Source: Octopus sinensis (taxonomy: Eukaryota). From it: a DNA stretch of 64,000 nt. Where the stretch lies: positions 25,296,001-25,360,000 of the forward strand of contig NC_043009.1 of the NCBI RefSeq assembly GCF_006345805.1, given 5' to 3'. Of this stretch, positions 41,701 to 52,300 are shown in pieces; the stretch's first letter is position 1; each line of letters begins with the position of its first letter. Under the pieces are notes generated by a model, which did not search any database, was not told where the DNA came from, and saw nothing but the letters and a program-made list of their open reading frames with translations. Position numbers and translations under genes: made by a program.

Positions 41701-44700
41701 CCTGGGATTAGGGGAGTTGCTGGTTTGAGTTTTGTTGTCCTTGCACCAGTGGTCTAGGAGAAGTTCACAAACATAAAACCATAACGGACGGAGAAACATC
41801 ACTCCAATTTATGTTAAGAAGATATATATATATATATATACATACAAAATTTAGAGGACTGACCACTAAAAGTGGACAGCCTATGTGCTAAACATAGACG
41901 TCAAATCGCCATTACCACGAAGAATGTGTTCTCAAGAAAAATCTCAGCAAAAAACCATACATAGGTGCAGGCGTGGCTGTGTGGTAAGAAATTTGCTTCC
42001 CAACCACATGGTTGTGTGTTCAGTCCTGCTGTATGACACCTTGGGCAGGTGTCTTCTACTATAGCCTCTGTCCAACCACAGCCTTGTGAGTGGATTTGGT
42101 AGGCAGAAACTGAAAGAAACCCGTCATGTGTGTGTGTCCTTTGTGTTTGTCTCTCACCACTGCTTGACAACTGGCGTTGTTGTGTTTGTGTCCCTGTAAC
42201 TTAGGGGTTTGACAAAAGGGACTGATAGAATAAATAGCAGGCTTAAAAACAAAAATAAGTACTGGGGTCAACTCATTCGAATAAAATCCTTCTAGGCAGT
42301 GCCCCAGCATGGCCTCAGTATAATGACTGAAACAAACAAAAGATATAAGATATATATATGTGTGTGCTGGTGACACATAAAACGCACCATCCAAACATGG
42401 TCGATGCCAGTGCCACCTAACTGGCTCCCATGCCAGTGGCATGCAAAAACCACCCACTACACTCTCAGAGTGGTTGGCATTAGGAAGGGCTTCCAGCTGT
42501 AGAAACATTGCCAGATCAGATTGGAGCCTGGTGCAGCCTGCTGGCTGGCCAGGCCTCAGTCAAGCCGTCCAACCCATGCCAGCATGGAAAACGAACATTA
42601 AACGTTGTTGATGATGATGATGAAAATGTGACCTCGTGTGTACCGTTGGCGATTTTTTTCCCTGTCTTCCCTTCTCTGGATCTTTCCTTCTCCTATGTTT
42701 CCGACGAAGAGCTCCGCTCGAAACGTTAAACCCTCCTTCTTTCCTTCTTTCCTGAGCGTCCAATAATACTATATTTGTTCCACGTCCTCACGTTGTTGTG
42801 TTTTCTCTTTGTGTTTTCATGTTTAGATTAACTTTATCTCTCTATATAAAATATATATTTATAATGAATTATTTCGTGTGTGTGTGTATGCGTGTGTATA
42901 TCATCATCATCATCATCATTTAGCGTCCGCTTTCCATGCTAGCATGGGTTGGACGGGTCAACTGGGGTCTGTGAAGCTGGAAGGCTTCGTCAGGCCCAGT
43001 CAGATCTGGCAGTGTTTCTACGGCTGGATGCCCTTCCTAACGCCAACCACTCCGCGAGTGTAGTGGGTGTTTTTTACGTGCCACCTGCACAGGTGCCAGA
43101 CAGAGCTGGCGAACGGCCACGAACGGATGGTGCTTTTACGTGTCACCGGCACGGGGCCAGGCGAGGCTGGCAACGGACACGAACGGATGGTGCTTTTACG
43201 TGCCACCGACACGGGGCCAGACAGAGCTGGCAAACGGCCACGAACGGACGGTGCTTTTACGTGTCACCGGCACGGGGGCCAGCCGAGGCTGGCAACGGAC
43301 GCGAACGGATGGTAAATCTACTGTGAACAATATATGCATATCTAAAACTCTCTCTTGCTGCCCCGTCTCTCTCTCTCTCTCTCTCTCTATTATTTAATCT
43401 CTCTTTCTCTTCCTCTCAATCTCGTCCTCGCCCCGTTGGAGCCTCCACGTCCCTCGGTAAAAAAAAATTATTTAATTTTTAGTGGTAGAGGAGGGTTATC
43501 TCCCTTACTTCACACACCGCCTCTTCACGGTAAACGACCTTCGTTGTTTTTAGTCCTATGTTACTTCTGATCGAACACGCCTGTAGGCAAAAGCATTCCG
43601 GCCACAGCTTCTTTCCCTTAGTTTTAGCAATGTCATTCAGTGTGTCATTTTCTTTTTTTCTCTTTTAGACGGTAGGATGTGTTTGTCAGAGAGATTTCGT
43701 GGCTATTTGAGCAGGTTGAGTGACCAGCTAAAAGCTCTCTTATTGGTCCGTTGAGTTTCGCCCGTGGTGGCGTCGGTGACGGTGCTAACGTGACGATAGC
43801 TACAGCACTATCTAATAATAGCCGCCGGCTAAGGGACAGCATAGAGTTCATGTTGATCGTTATGATGCTGCTTGTGGTAATGGCTGCAAATTGATGATAT
43901 TAAAATAGTAGTGATAAAAGAAAAACAAAAAGCGTATTATTTATTTTACTTGTTTTTTATTGTCGTTGATCATAGATAGCAGCAGTCTGCGACAAGAGGA
44001 AGCAACAGATTTGGTTACCTGGATCAAAGCAACCTTAACTAATAAAGTGAACAATGTCAAGGTGAGTCTAAAACATGTTTCTATGTTGTAAAGATGCTTT
44101 TTGGTCATGGTAGACCATGGGGTTGCGTCTAGAAAGTTCCCCTCCAAGGCACAAGTCTAGGCAAGGTTGTTTATGGAAGACCAGCAGTTGCCCATGCATA
44201 CCAGCCTCCCCTCTGTGTACCACATGTTATCCAAGAGAAAAGCAAAGGAGCCAATACAGCTTGGCACCAGTGATGTTGCAACTCATCTCTACAGTTGAGC
44301 AAACTGGAGTAACATGAAATAAAGTGTCTTGCTCAAGAACACAACACACAGAGCCAGTTCTGGGAATTGAACTCACCACTTTATGATTGTGAACCAGACG
44401 CTCAAACCACTGAGCCTCATTGGCAGAATTGTTAGAACACCAGAGGAAAGAAAATACCTTGTGTTATTCCATCTGGTCTTTTGCATTCTTAGTTCAAATG
44501 CTGCCAACTTTACCATTTATTCTTTGGATAGAATAAAGTACAAGTGTTGATGATGGCAACTAATCCTCTTTCTCAAACTTCAGCTCTTGTGCCTTTCCTG
44601 CAACAAAATATTATTATTATTATTATTTTTAAGGCAATGAGCTGGTAGAACCGTTAGCATGCCAGGCGAAATGCTTAGCACTATTTCACCCGTCACTACG

Positions 44701-46547
44701 TTCTAAGTTCAAATTCCGCGAAGATAACCTTTGCTTTTCATCCTTTTGGGGTCAATAAATTAAGTACCAGTTGTATACTATGGTCAATGTAATCAACCTA
44801 ATCTTGTCCCCCAAATTTGAGGCCATGTGCTTCCAGTAGAAAAGATTATTATTATTATTAAGGCGGTGAGATGGCAGAATCTTTGGCACACCAGGCAAAA
44901 TGCTTAGCAGTATTTCGTTTGCCCCTACATTCTGAGTTCCGCCTTTCATCCTTTCACAATCAATTAAATAAGTACCAGTTATGCACTGGGGTCGATGTAA
45001 TCAACTTAATCTCCTCCTTGAAGCTGCCCTTGTGGAAAAATTTGTAATTATTATTATTATTTTTAAGGTGGCGAGCTGGCAGAATCGTTAGCATGCCAAA
45101 TGAAATGCTTAGCGGTACTTTGTCCGTCTTTACGTTCCGAGTTCAAATTTCATCAAGGTCGACTTTACCGTTCATCCTTTCGGGGCTGATGAATTAAGTA
45201 CCAATGAAACACTGGGGTCAATGTAATCGACTACTCCCCACGCCGCTAAATTTCCAATTGATCTGATCAGCAGAACAGCTTGCTTGTGAAATTAACTTGC
45301 AAGTGGCTGAGCACTCCACGGATACACGTACCCATAACATAGCTCTCAGAGTGTGACAGTGCTGGCCCTTTGAATTACAGGCACAACTCATTTTTGCCAA
45401 CTGAGAGGCCTGAAGCAACAAGAAATAAAGTGTGTTACTGAAGGTCACAATACACTGCCAGGAATTGAACTCGTAACCCTATGATCATGAGCCAAACACC
45501 CTAACCACTAATTCATGCAGCGTTGTAGCATAACTGGTACGGTGTTTTACTGACCCACAAACGATAGAAGGCAAAGTTGACCTTGGTGATATTTGAACTC
45601 AGAATGCTAAGCATTTTGTCCGACATACAAACAATTCTACCAGCTTGCCGCCTTTAACTGTAATATATTTTAGGATTACTTTTGGGTTGTGTTCTTGAGC
45701 CAAACAATTGAGGTATATCTTAACCTTTTAGCATTTAAACCAACCATAACCGGCCAAAATAATCTACCTGTTTTATTGTTCAAAATAGCCTCATCAAACC
45801 TATCACACCTATCCTGCAATGTCATCCCTAAAAATAGACAGTCGCATCATCAAAATCTCAATGCTACGAGATAATGCACAATTAATTAAAAACAATCTGA
45901 TTAATTAAGCATTGTATTTGATGAAGTAATCTGAATACCTAAGGGTTACAGTGAAACTCTTATATGAACAAGGCGACAAGGATGGCATGGATAAGAAAGT
46001 TTTGAAACATGCTGGAATTCTTCAAATCTTACCCCTTTTCAATACCTGACTACCTGAGACCACACTTGGTGCTATGTTACAAACTTTTGGCTTACAGAGA
46101 TTTAAATTTAAGCATTCTATGTCAATTTATGTTCTAAACATCAGCTTAACAATGACAAAGTTATTTCATTAAACCTTTAATTATTTTCAGATTTAATTAA
46201 AATAAAACAAGTGTGTCTCTTCAGAAATATGCTCACAAAATAACGTTTTCTCTATTGACTGCAGCACTGTGAAGAGTTATTTCCCCTGGTCTCTTCCCGT
46301 TCTTTTTACTTATATTTTTAAAACTCTGCCCACTCCATTTTTCTGGAAAATTTAAATTGAACAGTTTATATTTGTATTATATTACAAGGAGAGTGTAACT
46401 TGATGTGTCTTTGTTATATTTGTACAGCCCTGGGTTGTGAAGATTAAACTGGCTGAAAAGCCGATTTAATTATATAAATATGACCAAGAGAACTAAAGTA
46501 CCTAATTATTACTTTTCAACTTGTACACACACACACACACATTTATA

Positions 46548-46578
<31 letters not shown>

Positions 46579-46766
46579 GGATAGCCCTTCTAAATATCTT
46601 TCTACTCTATTCTTCGTCAGGTGACTAAAAGATTGGTATCACATCCATGTATTGTGACTGTCGTGGAAATGGGTTCAGCCCGACATTTCCTTCGCACCAC
46701 ACTCGCAGACAAATCACCAGAAGAACGCTACCGACTCCTGCAACCAACATTAGAAATAAATGCCAG
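12206..46766 (+). CDS. TRAP1: TRAP1 / HSP75 mitochondrial Hsp90 chaperone, partial multi-exon gene span (13 exons, 1619 coding nt; 5' and 3' exons not in window)
   Basis: Thirteen exons with canonical AG/GT boundaries and compatible phases join into one open frame. It contains the Hsp90/GHKL motifs [43 protein letters not shown] and [15 protein letters not shown], lacks the charged linker, and has TRAP1-type [16 protein letters not shown] and LQPTLEIN segments. Confidence 0.97.
12590..14010. repeat. Degenerate (TA)n/(TACA)n/(TATG)n microsatellite fields
   Basis: Low-complexity sequence; similar fields at 2530-2803, 5160-5345, 21320-21761, 54470-54780 and 62085-62781. Confidence 0.95.
14868..16022. 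mobile_element. Inverted pair of tRNA-headed, hammerhead-bearing SINE-like elements (family 1), left copy interrupted by an R4/Dong LINE fragment
   Basis: 14868-15005 is the reverse complement of 15835-15980; tRNA-like head at 15761-15820; hammerhead folds at 14908-14954 (-) and 15887-15932 (+). Confidence 0.75.
15055..15735 (-). mobile_element. 5'-truncated R4/Dong-type non-LTR retrotransposon (CCHC knuckle plus restriction-like endonuclease, frameshifted)
   Basis: [26 protein letters not shown] and [12 protein letters not shown]...VPVIVGSLG motifs across ORFs 15443-15724 and 15178-15372; flanked on both sides by (TAA)n. Confidence 0.88.
16147..16218 (+). CDS. TRAP1: TRAP1 exon b ([24 protein letters not shown]), 72 nt
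   Basis: tttcag acceptor, gtaagt donor; GxG ATP-binding motif. Confidence 0.97.
17926..19136 (+). mobile_element. Non-autonomous Helitron-like element
   Basis: A|TC(ttctacctatataaa) 5' end; cccaagcaaggccggg hairpin plus CTAG|T 3' end; internal CT/GT/TA microsatellites. Confidence 0.55.
19184..19350 (+). CDS. TRAP1: TRAP1 exon c (EFLKQMQ...[13 protein letters not shown]...WSSDG), 167 nt
   Basis: ttgacag acceptor, gtaaga donor; ATP-lid GQFGVGFYS. Confidence 0.97.
19941..20400. mobile_element. Inverted pair of family 1 tRNA-headed hammerhead SINE-like elements
   Basis: The left copy (-) and right copy (+) meet head to head at about 20183; A-box-like tgatgtagtgg and B-box gttcgattcc (20228-20237). 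Confidence 0.8.
20009..20054 (-). ncRNA. Minimal type I hammerhead ribozyme motif, best-preserved family 1 copy
   Basis: GACAC-CUGAUGA-A-GGCUGG-aggguaua-UCAGCC-GAAA-CG-UU-GAGUU (GUGUU in other copies). Confidence 0.7.
20684..21273. mobile_element. Degenerate piggyBac-like MITE (interrupted by SINE-C); uninterrupted relative at 45720-45949
   Basis: ttaac(a/c)(c/t)tt.agcatt...aat(g/a)c..aagggtta termini; internal sequence shared between the two copies. Confidence 0.55.
20725..21078 (+). mobile_element. tRNA-derived SINE-C (tggctcagtggttagagc...gttcgaatc...ttgagcaagacact) nested in a piggyBac-like MITE
   Basis: Clear A and B boxes; flanked by the duplicated a(a/t)cc(a/g)gccaaaat; relatives at 11310-11565, 44110-44415, 45255-45515 and 48700-49030. 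Confidence 0.8.
23691..23793. mobile_element. Small foldback MITE with ~40-nt inverted arms and TA ends
   Basis: tacggcaaaaaagaaa..gaggatacaaaa.tgacata / tatgtca.ttttgtatcc..tttctttttgccgta. Confidence 0.65.
23996..24202 (-). mobile_element. mariner-derived MITE with transposase C-terminal remnant
   Basis: TA-flanked cgagggt..gctgaaaag / ctttccagcacccctttg TIRs; minus-strand [21 protein letters not shown] resembles the mariner GI.KL..RW.KCV...GDY C-terminus. Confidence 0.7.
24961..25070 (+). CDS. TRAP1: TRAP1 exon d ([25 protein letters not shown]...EVIQ), 110 nt
   Basis: ccacag acceptor, gtaaga donor, phase 2/1 fits its neighbours; RGTKI.hHLK motif. Confidence 0.96.
28175..28331. mobile_element. 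Merlin-like MITE with internal (CCCTAA)2
   Basis: 19-nt inverted repeat cttcggtataagtaccgga (28182-28200 / 28304-28322); flanking 8-nt direct repeat aaaataag. Confidence 0.6.
28962..29368. mobile_element. Merlin-like MITE inserted into a SINE-A head
   Basis: Perfect 28-nt TIR ggatcttttcggtttgaacggcagtttt; perfect 8-bp TSD ccaaaact (28954-28961 / 29369-29376); GG termini; internal ttagggttaggg. Confidence 0.85.
29565..29972 (-). mobile_element. SINE-A, well-preserved CpG-retaining (young) copy
   Basis: Full head, body and (GAGTAAAA)-type tail with most CpGs intact. Confidence 0.88.
30816..30889 (+). CDS. TRAP1: TRAP1 exon e ([25 protein letters not shown]), 74 nt
   Basis: polypyrimidine tract plus ctcag, gtaact donor; KKYSNFV..PI motif. 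Confidence 0.96.
31691..31853 (+). CDS. TRAP1: TRAP1 exon f ([11 protein letters not shown]...FYVPEYKP), 163 nt
   Basis: tttcag acceptor, gtatgt donor, phase 0/1. Confidence 0.95.
32761..33126. mobile_element. hAT (Charlie-like) MITE inserted in a SINE-C head
   Basis: TIR cagtgtttctcaacc / ggttgagaaacgctg; degraded 8-bp TSD. Confidence 0.75.
33684..33797 (+). CDS. TRAP1: TRAP1 exon g ([20 protein letters not shown]...[10 protein letters not shown]), 114 nt
   Basis: ttgcag acceptor, gtcagt donor, phase 1/1. Confidence 0.95.
33981..34208. mobile_element. Tigger/pogo-like MITE
   Basis: agtaatccctcg / tgaggtattactg termini in a TA context. Confidence 0.5.
34417..34670. mobile_element. Tc1-like MITE
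   Basis: cagtgtgacccaaaagtcac / gtgaattttggaccacactg inverted termini followed by TA. Confidence 0.6.
36073..36142 (+). CDS. TRAP1: TRAP1 exon h ([24 protein letters not shown]), 70 nt
   Basis: ccacag acceptor, gtaaga donor; catalytic-loop Arg of the middle domain. Confidence 0.97.
36827..37227 (+). mobile_element. SINE-A flanked by a ~92-nt direct duplication
   Basis: Full-length copy; 36732-36823 is repeated at 37228-37333. Confidence 0.88.
38184..38331 (+). CDS. TRAP1: TRAP1 exon i ([14 protein letters not shown]...[15 protein letters not shown]), 148 nt
   Basis: ttccag acceptor, gtaaga donor. Confidence 0.96.
38453..38672. mobile_element. piggyBac-like MITE
   Basis: TTAA|ccctctcattac ... 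gtaatgaaaggg|TTAA. Confidence 0.8.
40137..40264 (+). CDS. TRAP1: TRAP1 exon j ([12 protein letters not shown]...NIYYLSAPS), 128 nt
   Basis: ctgtag acceptor, gtaagt donor; LLRFESS and SLDEY..RM motifs. Confidence 0.96.
40769..40959 (+). CDS. TRAP1: TRAP1 exon k ([29 protein letters not shown]...AVDES), 191 nt
   Basis: ttctag acceptor, gtaagc donor. Confidence 0.96.
42630..42835 (+). mobile_element. Penelope-LTR-like repeat (family 2) with minimal hammerhead fold
   Basis: Near-identical to the reverse complement of 2040-2230; hammerhead fold at 42697-42731. Confidence 0.6.
42697..42731 (+). ncRNA. Minimal type I hammerhead ribozyme-like motif (U4C variant)
   Basis: Stem I GUUU/AAAC, core CCGACGA, extra A, stem II GAGC/GCUC, GAAA, palindromic AACGUU in place of stem III. 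Confidence 0.55.
42900..43312 (-). mobile_element. Non-autonomous retroelement with (GAT)n tail and internal ~61-nt tandem repeats
   Basis: Tail gcatggaaagcggacgctaaa(tga)n and aggaagggcatccagc block; four repeat units at 43066-43312; relatives at 26560-26865, 38800-39210, 42365-42625 and 48158-48570. Confidence 0.7.
43976..44061 (+). CDS. TRAP1: TRAP1 exon l ([29 protein letters not shown]), 86 nt
   Basis: catag acceptor, AAG|gtgagt donor, phase 1/0 fits. Confidence 0.92.
44630..45240 (+). mobile_element. Tandem cluster of three SINE-B copies separated by (TTA)n
   Basis: Heads at about 44632, 44861 and 45066, each preceded by a (TTA)n run. Confidence 0.85.
46621..46766 (+). CDS. TRAP1: TRAP1 exon m ([25 protein letters not shown]...LQPTLEINA), 146 nt
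   Basis: cgtcag acceptor, gtaagt donor; C-terminal domain motifs. Confidence 0.96.
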
Positions 46767-48594
46767 GTAAGTCATCTTTTTACTGCTCCTGTGTCATCCA
46801 CTTGCCTGCTCCTTCGTCACTCTCTCTCTCTCTCTCTCTCTCTCTGATGGAAATGTGTTGGTAGATATTCATGGTACTGGTTTTGAAGATTACTTCTGCT
46901 CAGTTATCTATATCGATCATTTAAATTAATCACTATATGTGTATACTATATAACTATGTCTGGTTGTATGATTTTGTCTATAACTAACTGACTGTCTATG
47001 AACCTGTAATTTCTATATACCTCTTTGCCTAGATAGATAGATAGATAGATATATAGATAGAAACGAGTTTGGAGACATTTCAAACTACATCTAATTATGA
47101 ACGTTGGCTTGGGAATCCAAGGTTTTGAGGAGTGTGGAACCACTTTTTAGTTACTATTGTTCTCAGGTCTCCTCTAACCCAGAATGGTAACACCTACCAG
47201 GGACCCAGCAATGGGTTCATTAGCATGGAATTACCTCTGGGAACGGTGACACACAGACATCCCACCAGACCCAGAACAGATGAAGCTGTTCTGTACTTTA
47301 GTTGTCCATCTAAGTGAAGGCAACTTCATACAAATCCTGTAGACTACTGGTCTTGTGGCATTTGTTGCACCGAATCAACTAATTTGAAGGACAAGGGAGC
47401 AGAACTGGCTCTGCACAAGCCATGCCCACCACAATAATGTCCAGTAAACCAAGACACTAACACCAGCACCAGCACACTTTCTTTAAAAGGAGGAAAATGT
47501 TCTAAGAACATTGTACAGCTACATCTTCCTGAACCCTCATTCATCAAGGAGGCAAGAGAACCCAATATAATATCCAGCCATCCTTTCACATGGGATTTCA
47601 TCTATCTCCAAACCATTGGCTCTGATGAGGCTTGTACAAGGGAATTGAATTGTTTATATATCAAAAAATGTATAAAAGTCAAAAGAAATTGTTGTCTCTT
47701 TTGTTTTTTTTTTAATAATTGTTTATGTTATCTTGTATTATAATATATTATATCATATTCATAGTATAATATATTATGTTATTATAAATAAATTACTGGA
47801 TTGTCAATTGTATCTCTCTATTTAATTTATTGTTTGCAATTTGTATTATACTCTTATTTCTGTGGTATTCAACTAACATACCAGTGAATTGGATGTTTTA
47901 CACACCTCTTTCAAGGAATTATTTTCCTTAGTTTGTTAGGGTTAGGGTTATCCATTTAGCATTTTTCCAATGGCCGGATAACTGAAGAGATGGTGGCGTG
48001 GATTTCCACCTCGGCATCCAAAACTCGGAGTTTTATCATGGCGACCGAATAATTGTCACCTATTTGGCGGGACAAACACAGATAAATTCCTCTATTTACA
48101 TAATATCTTTCATTCTTTTGTTGTCTTACCATTTTTATCAATATATATATATATATACATGTAAAAAGCACCATCCAAACGTGGCCAATGCCAGCACTGC
48201 CTTGACTGGCTTCTGTGCTGGTGGCACATGACCTGCTGTGCTTGAGGAGGCCTATTGAGTCAAGTACATAAACATCGAAATAAATATCAAATGGAAATAG
48301 CAGTTGTGATACCTGTGCCGGTGGCACGTAAAAAGCACCATCCGAACGTGGCCGATGCCAGCGCCGCCTTGACTGGCTTCTGTGCCAGTGGCACGTAAAA
48401 GGCACCCACTACACTCACGGAGTGGTTGGCGTTAGGAAGGGCATCCAGCTGTAGAAACACTGCCAGATCAGACTGGAGCCTGGTGCAGCTGCCTGGCTTC
48501 CCAGACCCTGGTCAAACCGTCCAGCCCATGCTAGCATGGAGAACGGCCGTTAAACGATGATAATGATATATATATATATATGGTGATGATAATG

Positions 48595-48625
<31 letters not shown>

Positions 48626-51600
48626 GGTGATGATAATGATATATATATATATATGCATATACATATATGTCCATCTATGAATCTGTAGACGTCTGTGTAG
48701 TGTGAAGGTGCCTGATTTAGTGGTTAAGCTACTCAGCTCAGGGTCATAAAGTCATGAGTTTGATTCCAGACCGAGCTGTGTGTTGTGTCCTTGAGCAAGA
48801 CACTTTACTTCACGTTGCTCCAGTCCACTCAACTAGCAAAAATTAGTTGTACCTGTAATTCAAAGGGGCCAGCGTTGTCACACTCTGTGTCATGCTGATT
48901 CTCCATGAGAACTACATTATAAGGGTACACGTGTCTGTGGAGTACTCAGCCACTTGCATGTTAATTGCACAAGCAGGCTGTTCCATTGATCGGATCCACT
49001 GGAATCCTCATCTTTGCAACTGACAGAGTATCACGAATGTACACGTGTGTGTGTGTGTGTGTCCGTATCCACACATAATGATACAATCATCTATGCGCTA
49101 ATAACAGTTTTATAGACAATAACCTGTATTGATTATATTTAATGAACATCTGTGATTTTTTTTTGTTTTTTTTTGTTTTACTATTTAATAATGTCTTTCA
49201 CTCAGTTCCTTTCTTTCTCTCTTCTTATTCTTCAAACATTTCACTTTGTTCATATTTTGACAAACTCAACAAACGGATCTTGTCCCCCATCGCTTGTCTT
49301 TCTCCCTCTTCTTTCTCTCCATTGTTTTATAGTTCTCTCTCACTCTCTCTCTCTGAAGGGAATCATTTTTCTCTTTTCTTTCTTTAACATCTGTTTCTTT
49401 CTCTCTTTCTCTCTCTCTCATTTCAATCATCCTCTCTTTCACTAATTACTATCAGTCTGTCAGCCCCTTTCTCTCTCTATCTCTCTCTCTAACCATCTCT
49501 TTTCATCTCCCCCTCCATCTTGCTCTTTCTTTCCCTCCTCTCTCTCTTTCCCCTATCTTTTCTTTCTCCCTCCCTCTCTTTCTCTCTTTCTTCCCCACTC
49601 CTCTCTCTCCCTCCCTCTCTTTTCTGTCCTTTTCCACTGACTTCTCCATCCACCACTTCTTTCTAAATTATTTCAGTCTTCTTCTTCCTTTCTTTCTCTG
49701 AAATATTTCAGTTATTTTTCTCTCTCTGCTTTCACCTACTTCTAACAAGCACACACTCCTCTCCCCCCTCTCTCTCCTCTATCTCTCACTTTCTATTCCC
49801 CCTCTCTCTTGTCAATAATCTATCTTTCCTTTCATTAAGTTATTCCTCCCTCTCTCTCCCTCCTCCTTTTCCTCTCTTCTCTCAACACTACAAGAGTTGA
49901 CCATAACTTTCTTCGTCCCAGTCTTTCGCTTCCTTCTTCAAGGAATTCGCTATTATTGTATTGGATACCGGTGCCACGAGCACCACCGACTTGCAGTGCT
50001 GCCAGCTTTGTCATCAAGATGGTTAGAGGCTGGCATGATTGCTTGTCAGATTGGTGTATTTAATTACAAATGGTGTGTGTGAATCTTTTATTTGTTACGG
50101 TCATGAGACTGTGTGCCCATGCTGTAGTACTGACTTAAAATGTTTAATTGAACAAATCAACCTCGGTAATTACTCTCTAGTCTGGCACTTGTGCCATCAA
50201 GCTCTATTGCCGCACCGCTAAGTTACAGGGATGGATGTAAACAAACCAACACTGGTTGTCAGATGGCCGTGGGGGAGAAACACAAAAAGCACAGACATAC
50301 ACCTGCACACTCACATACAAACACATGTACACATACACAAACACACACACACACATGCACACATACACACAAACATGTGGCACACACACATGCATGCAAG
50401 TGCACACACAAGCAATCAAGTACACACACATGCATGCACCCACACACACACGCGCAATGGTCGTCTCTCAGTTTCTGTCTCTCAAATCCACTCACAAGCC
50501 TTGGCATATATATATATTAATTTTTTACATTTTTCAGTCATTAAACTGTGGCCCTGCTGGGGCACGGCCTCAGAGGGTTTTATAGTTTGTAAAATGAATG
50601 GACACCAGTGCTTATTTTTTAAAGTCTGGTACTTCTTCTATCAGTCTTTTTTGCCAAACTGCTAAGTTACAAGGACGTAAACAAACTAATACTGGTTGTT
50701 AAGAGGCTGTGAGGGTTTAAACACAAACAGACGTACACTCACACACACGTCAGGCTTCTTTCAGTTTCCATCTAGAAAATTCACTTACAAAGCACTTGTT
50801 GGCCTTTGGCTGTAGTAGAAGACACTTGAGCAAGGTGCTGCACCGTGGAACCGAACTCAAAACCATGTGGTTGCTAAGAAAACTCCTTACCCTCACAGCC
50901 ATGCCTCTGTTTATAGATGTACGTGAGTGTGTGTTTAGATACAAATGCATACCTCTACAGCTAAGAAACTTGAAACCATAACATCCTCCTTTGCCTGGTT
51001 TTATCTCCTGCTCCTATTCATTACCAATGCGATGTGTGTATATATATATGTGTATATATATATTAAGATAAAACTTAGTTGAAAATGATGCATGGCATTC
51101 AATCATATAATAATATAAATAATATATAAATATATGCATATATACATGTGGTGCTCCCACATGGCCGCAGTCACATGGTGGAAACAAGTAAAAGAATAAA
51201 AGAATATATACAAAGATATATATATATATATACATTATATATATATATATATATACATTATATATATATATAATATAATATAAATAATATACACACATAT
51301 ATGTACATACCTACATATATATGTATATATACATGTGTATGTGGGTACAGGATGTCAACAAAATGAGAAACGAGAACATAAAAACAAAAACATAGAAAAC
51401 CAACTTTTTTCAAACAACGAAAAAAAAACCCAGAGAAATGAGACATGCAACATAAAAAAATATTCCCCTTCATCAGTTGTCCCCTGTTTTATCTACTCCA
51501 CATTTCAAAAGTAGGGACTAGACCATTTCTCATTTTGCTGATGTTTTTTTGATGTCCTTGACCCATATATACATGTATATATACATATATGTAGGTATGT

Positions 51601-52229
51601 ACATATATTACGTATATATGCATATATTTATATATCATTTATATTTTATATATATGTGTGTGTGTGTGTGTATTCTTTTATTCTTTTACTTGTTTCAGTC
51701 ATTTGACTGCGGCCATGTGGGAGCACCACCTTTAGTCGACCAAATCAACCCCATGACATATTCCTTGTAAGCCTAGTACTATTCTATCAGTCTCTGTTGC
51801 CAAACCACTACGTTACTGGTCACGTCAACAAACCAATATCGGCTGTCAAATGATGGTTGGTGGCGGGACAAACACAGACACACAAATACATACATGCATA
51901 CAAACATATCAGAAATTTGCAATATCTCCATAACTACCGTCTCAGCTATAACCTTGGAGCCTTAGTAATCCATTACAGTACTTACCCAGCGTACCTAATC
52001 ATTTAGATCACATGTGAACTAAACCTCCATATTTTGTACATACATACATACATATATATATATATGACAGGCTTCCTTCAGTTTCTATCTGCCAAATCCA
52101 CTCACAAGGCTTTGGTCAACCCATGGCTATAGTAGAAGACACTTGCCCAAGGTGTCACACAGTGGGACTGAACCCGGAACCATGTGGTTGGGAAGCAAGT
52201 TTCTTATCACACAGCCACTCCTGCACCTT

Positions 52230-52300
<71 letters not shown>

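Noticed and set aside
43066-43312. CRISPR-like repeat-spacer appearance
   Set aside because: Whole units are homologous (no unique spacers), the context is a eukaryotic intron, and there are no cas genes.
43645-43851. 68-aa minus-strand ORF resembling a transit peptide
   Set aside because: Partly overlaps a repeat also seen in reverse at about 31395-31480; no support for coding.
49835-50082. Candidate TRAP1 terminal exon after a long polypyrimidine tract
   Set aside because: No frame resembles the TRAP1 C-terminus; the CT tract is a microsatellite.
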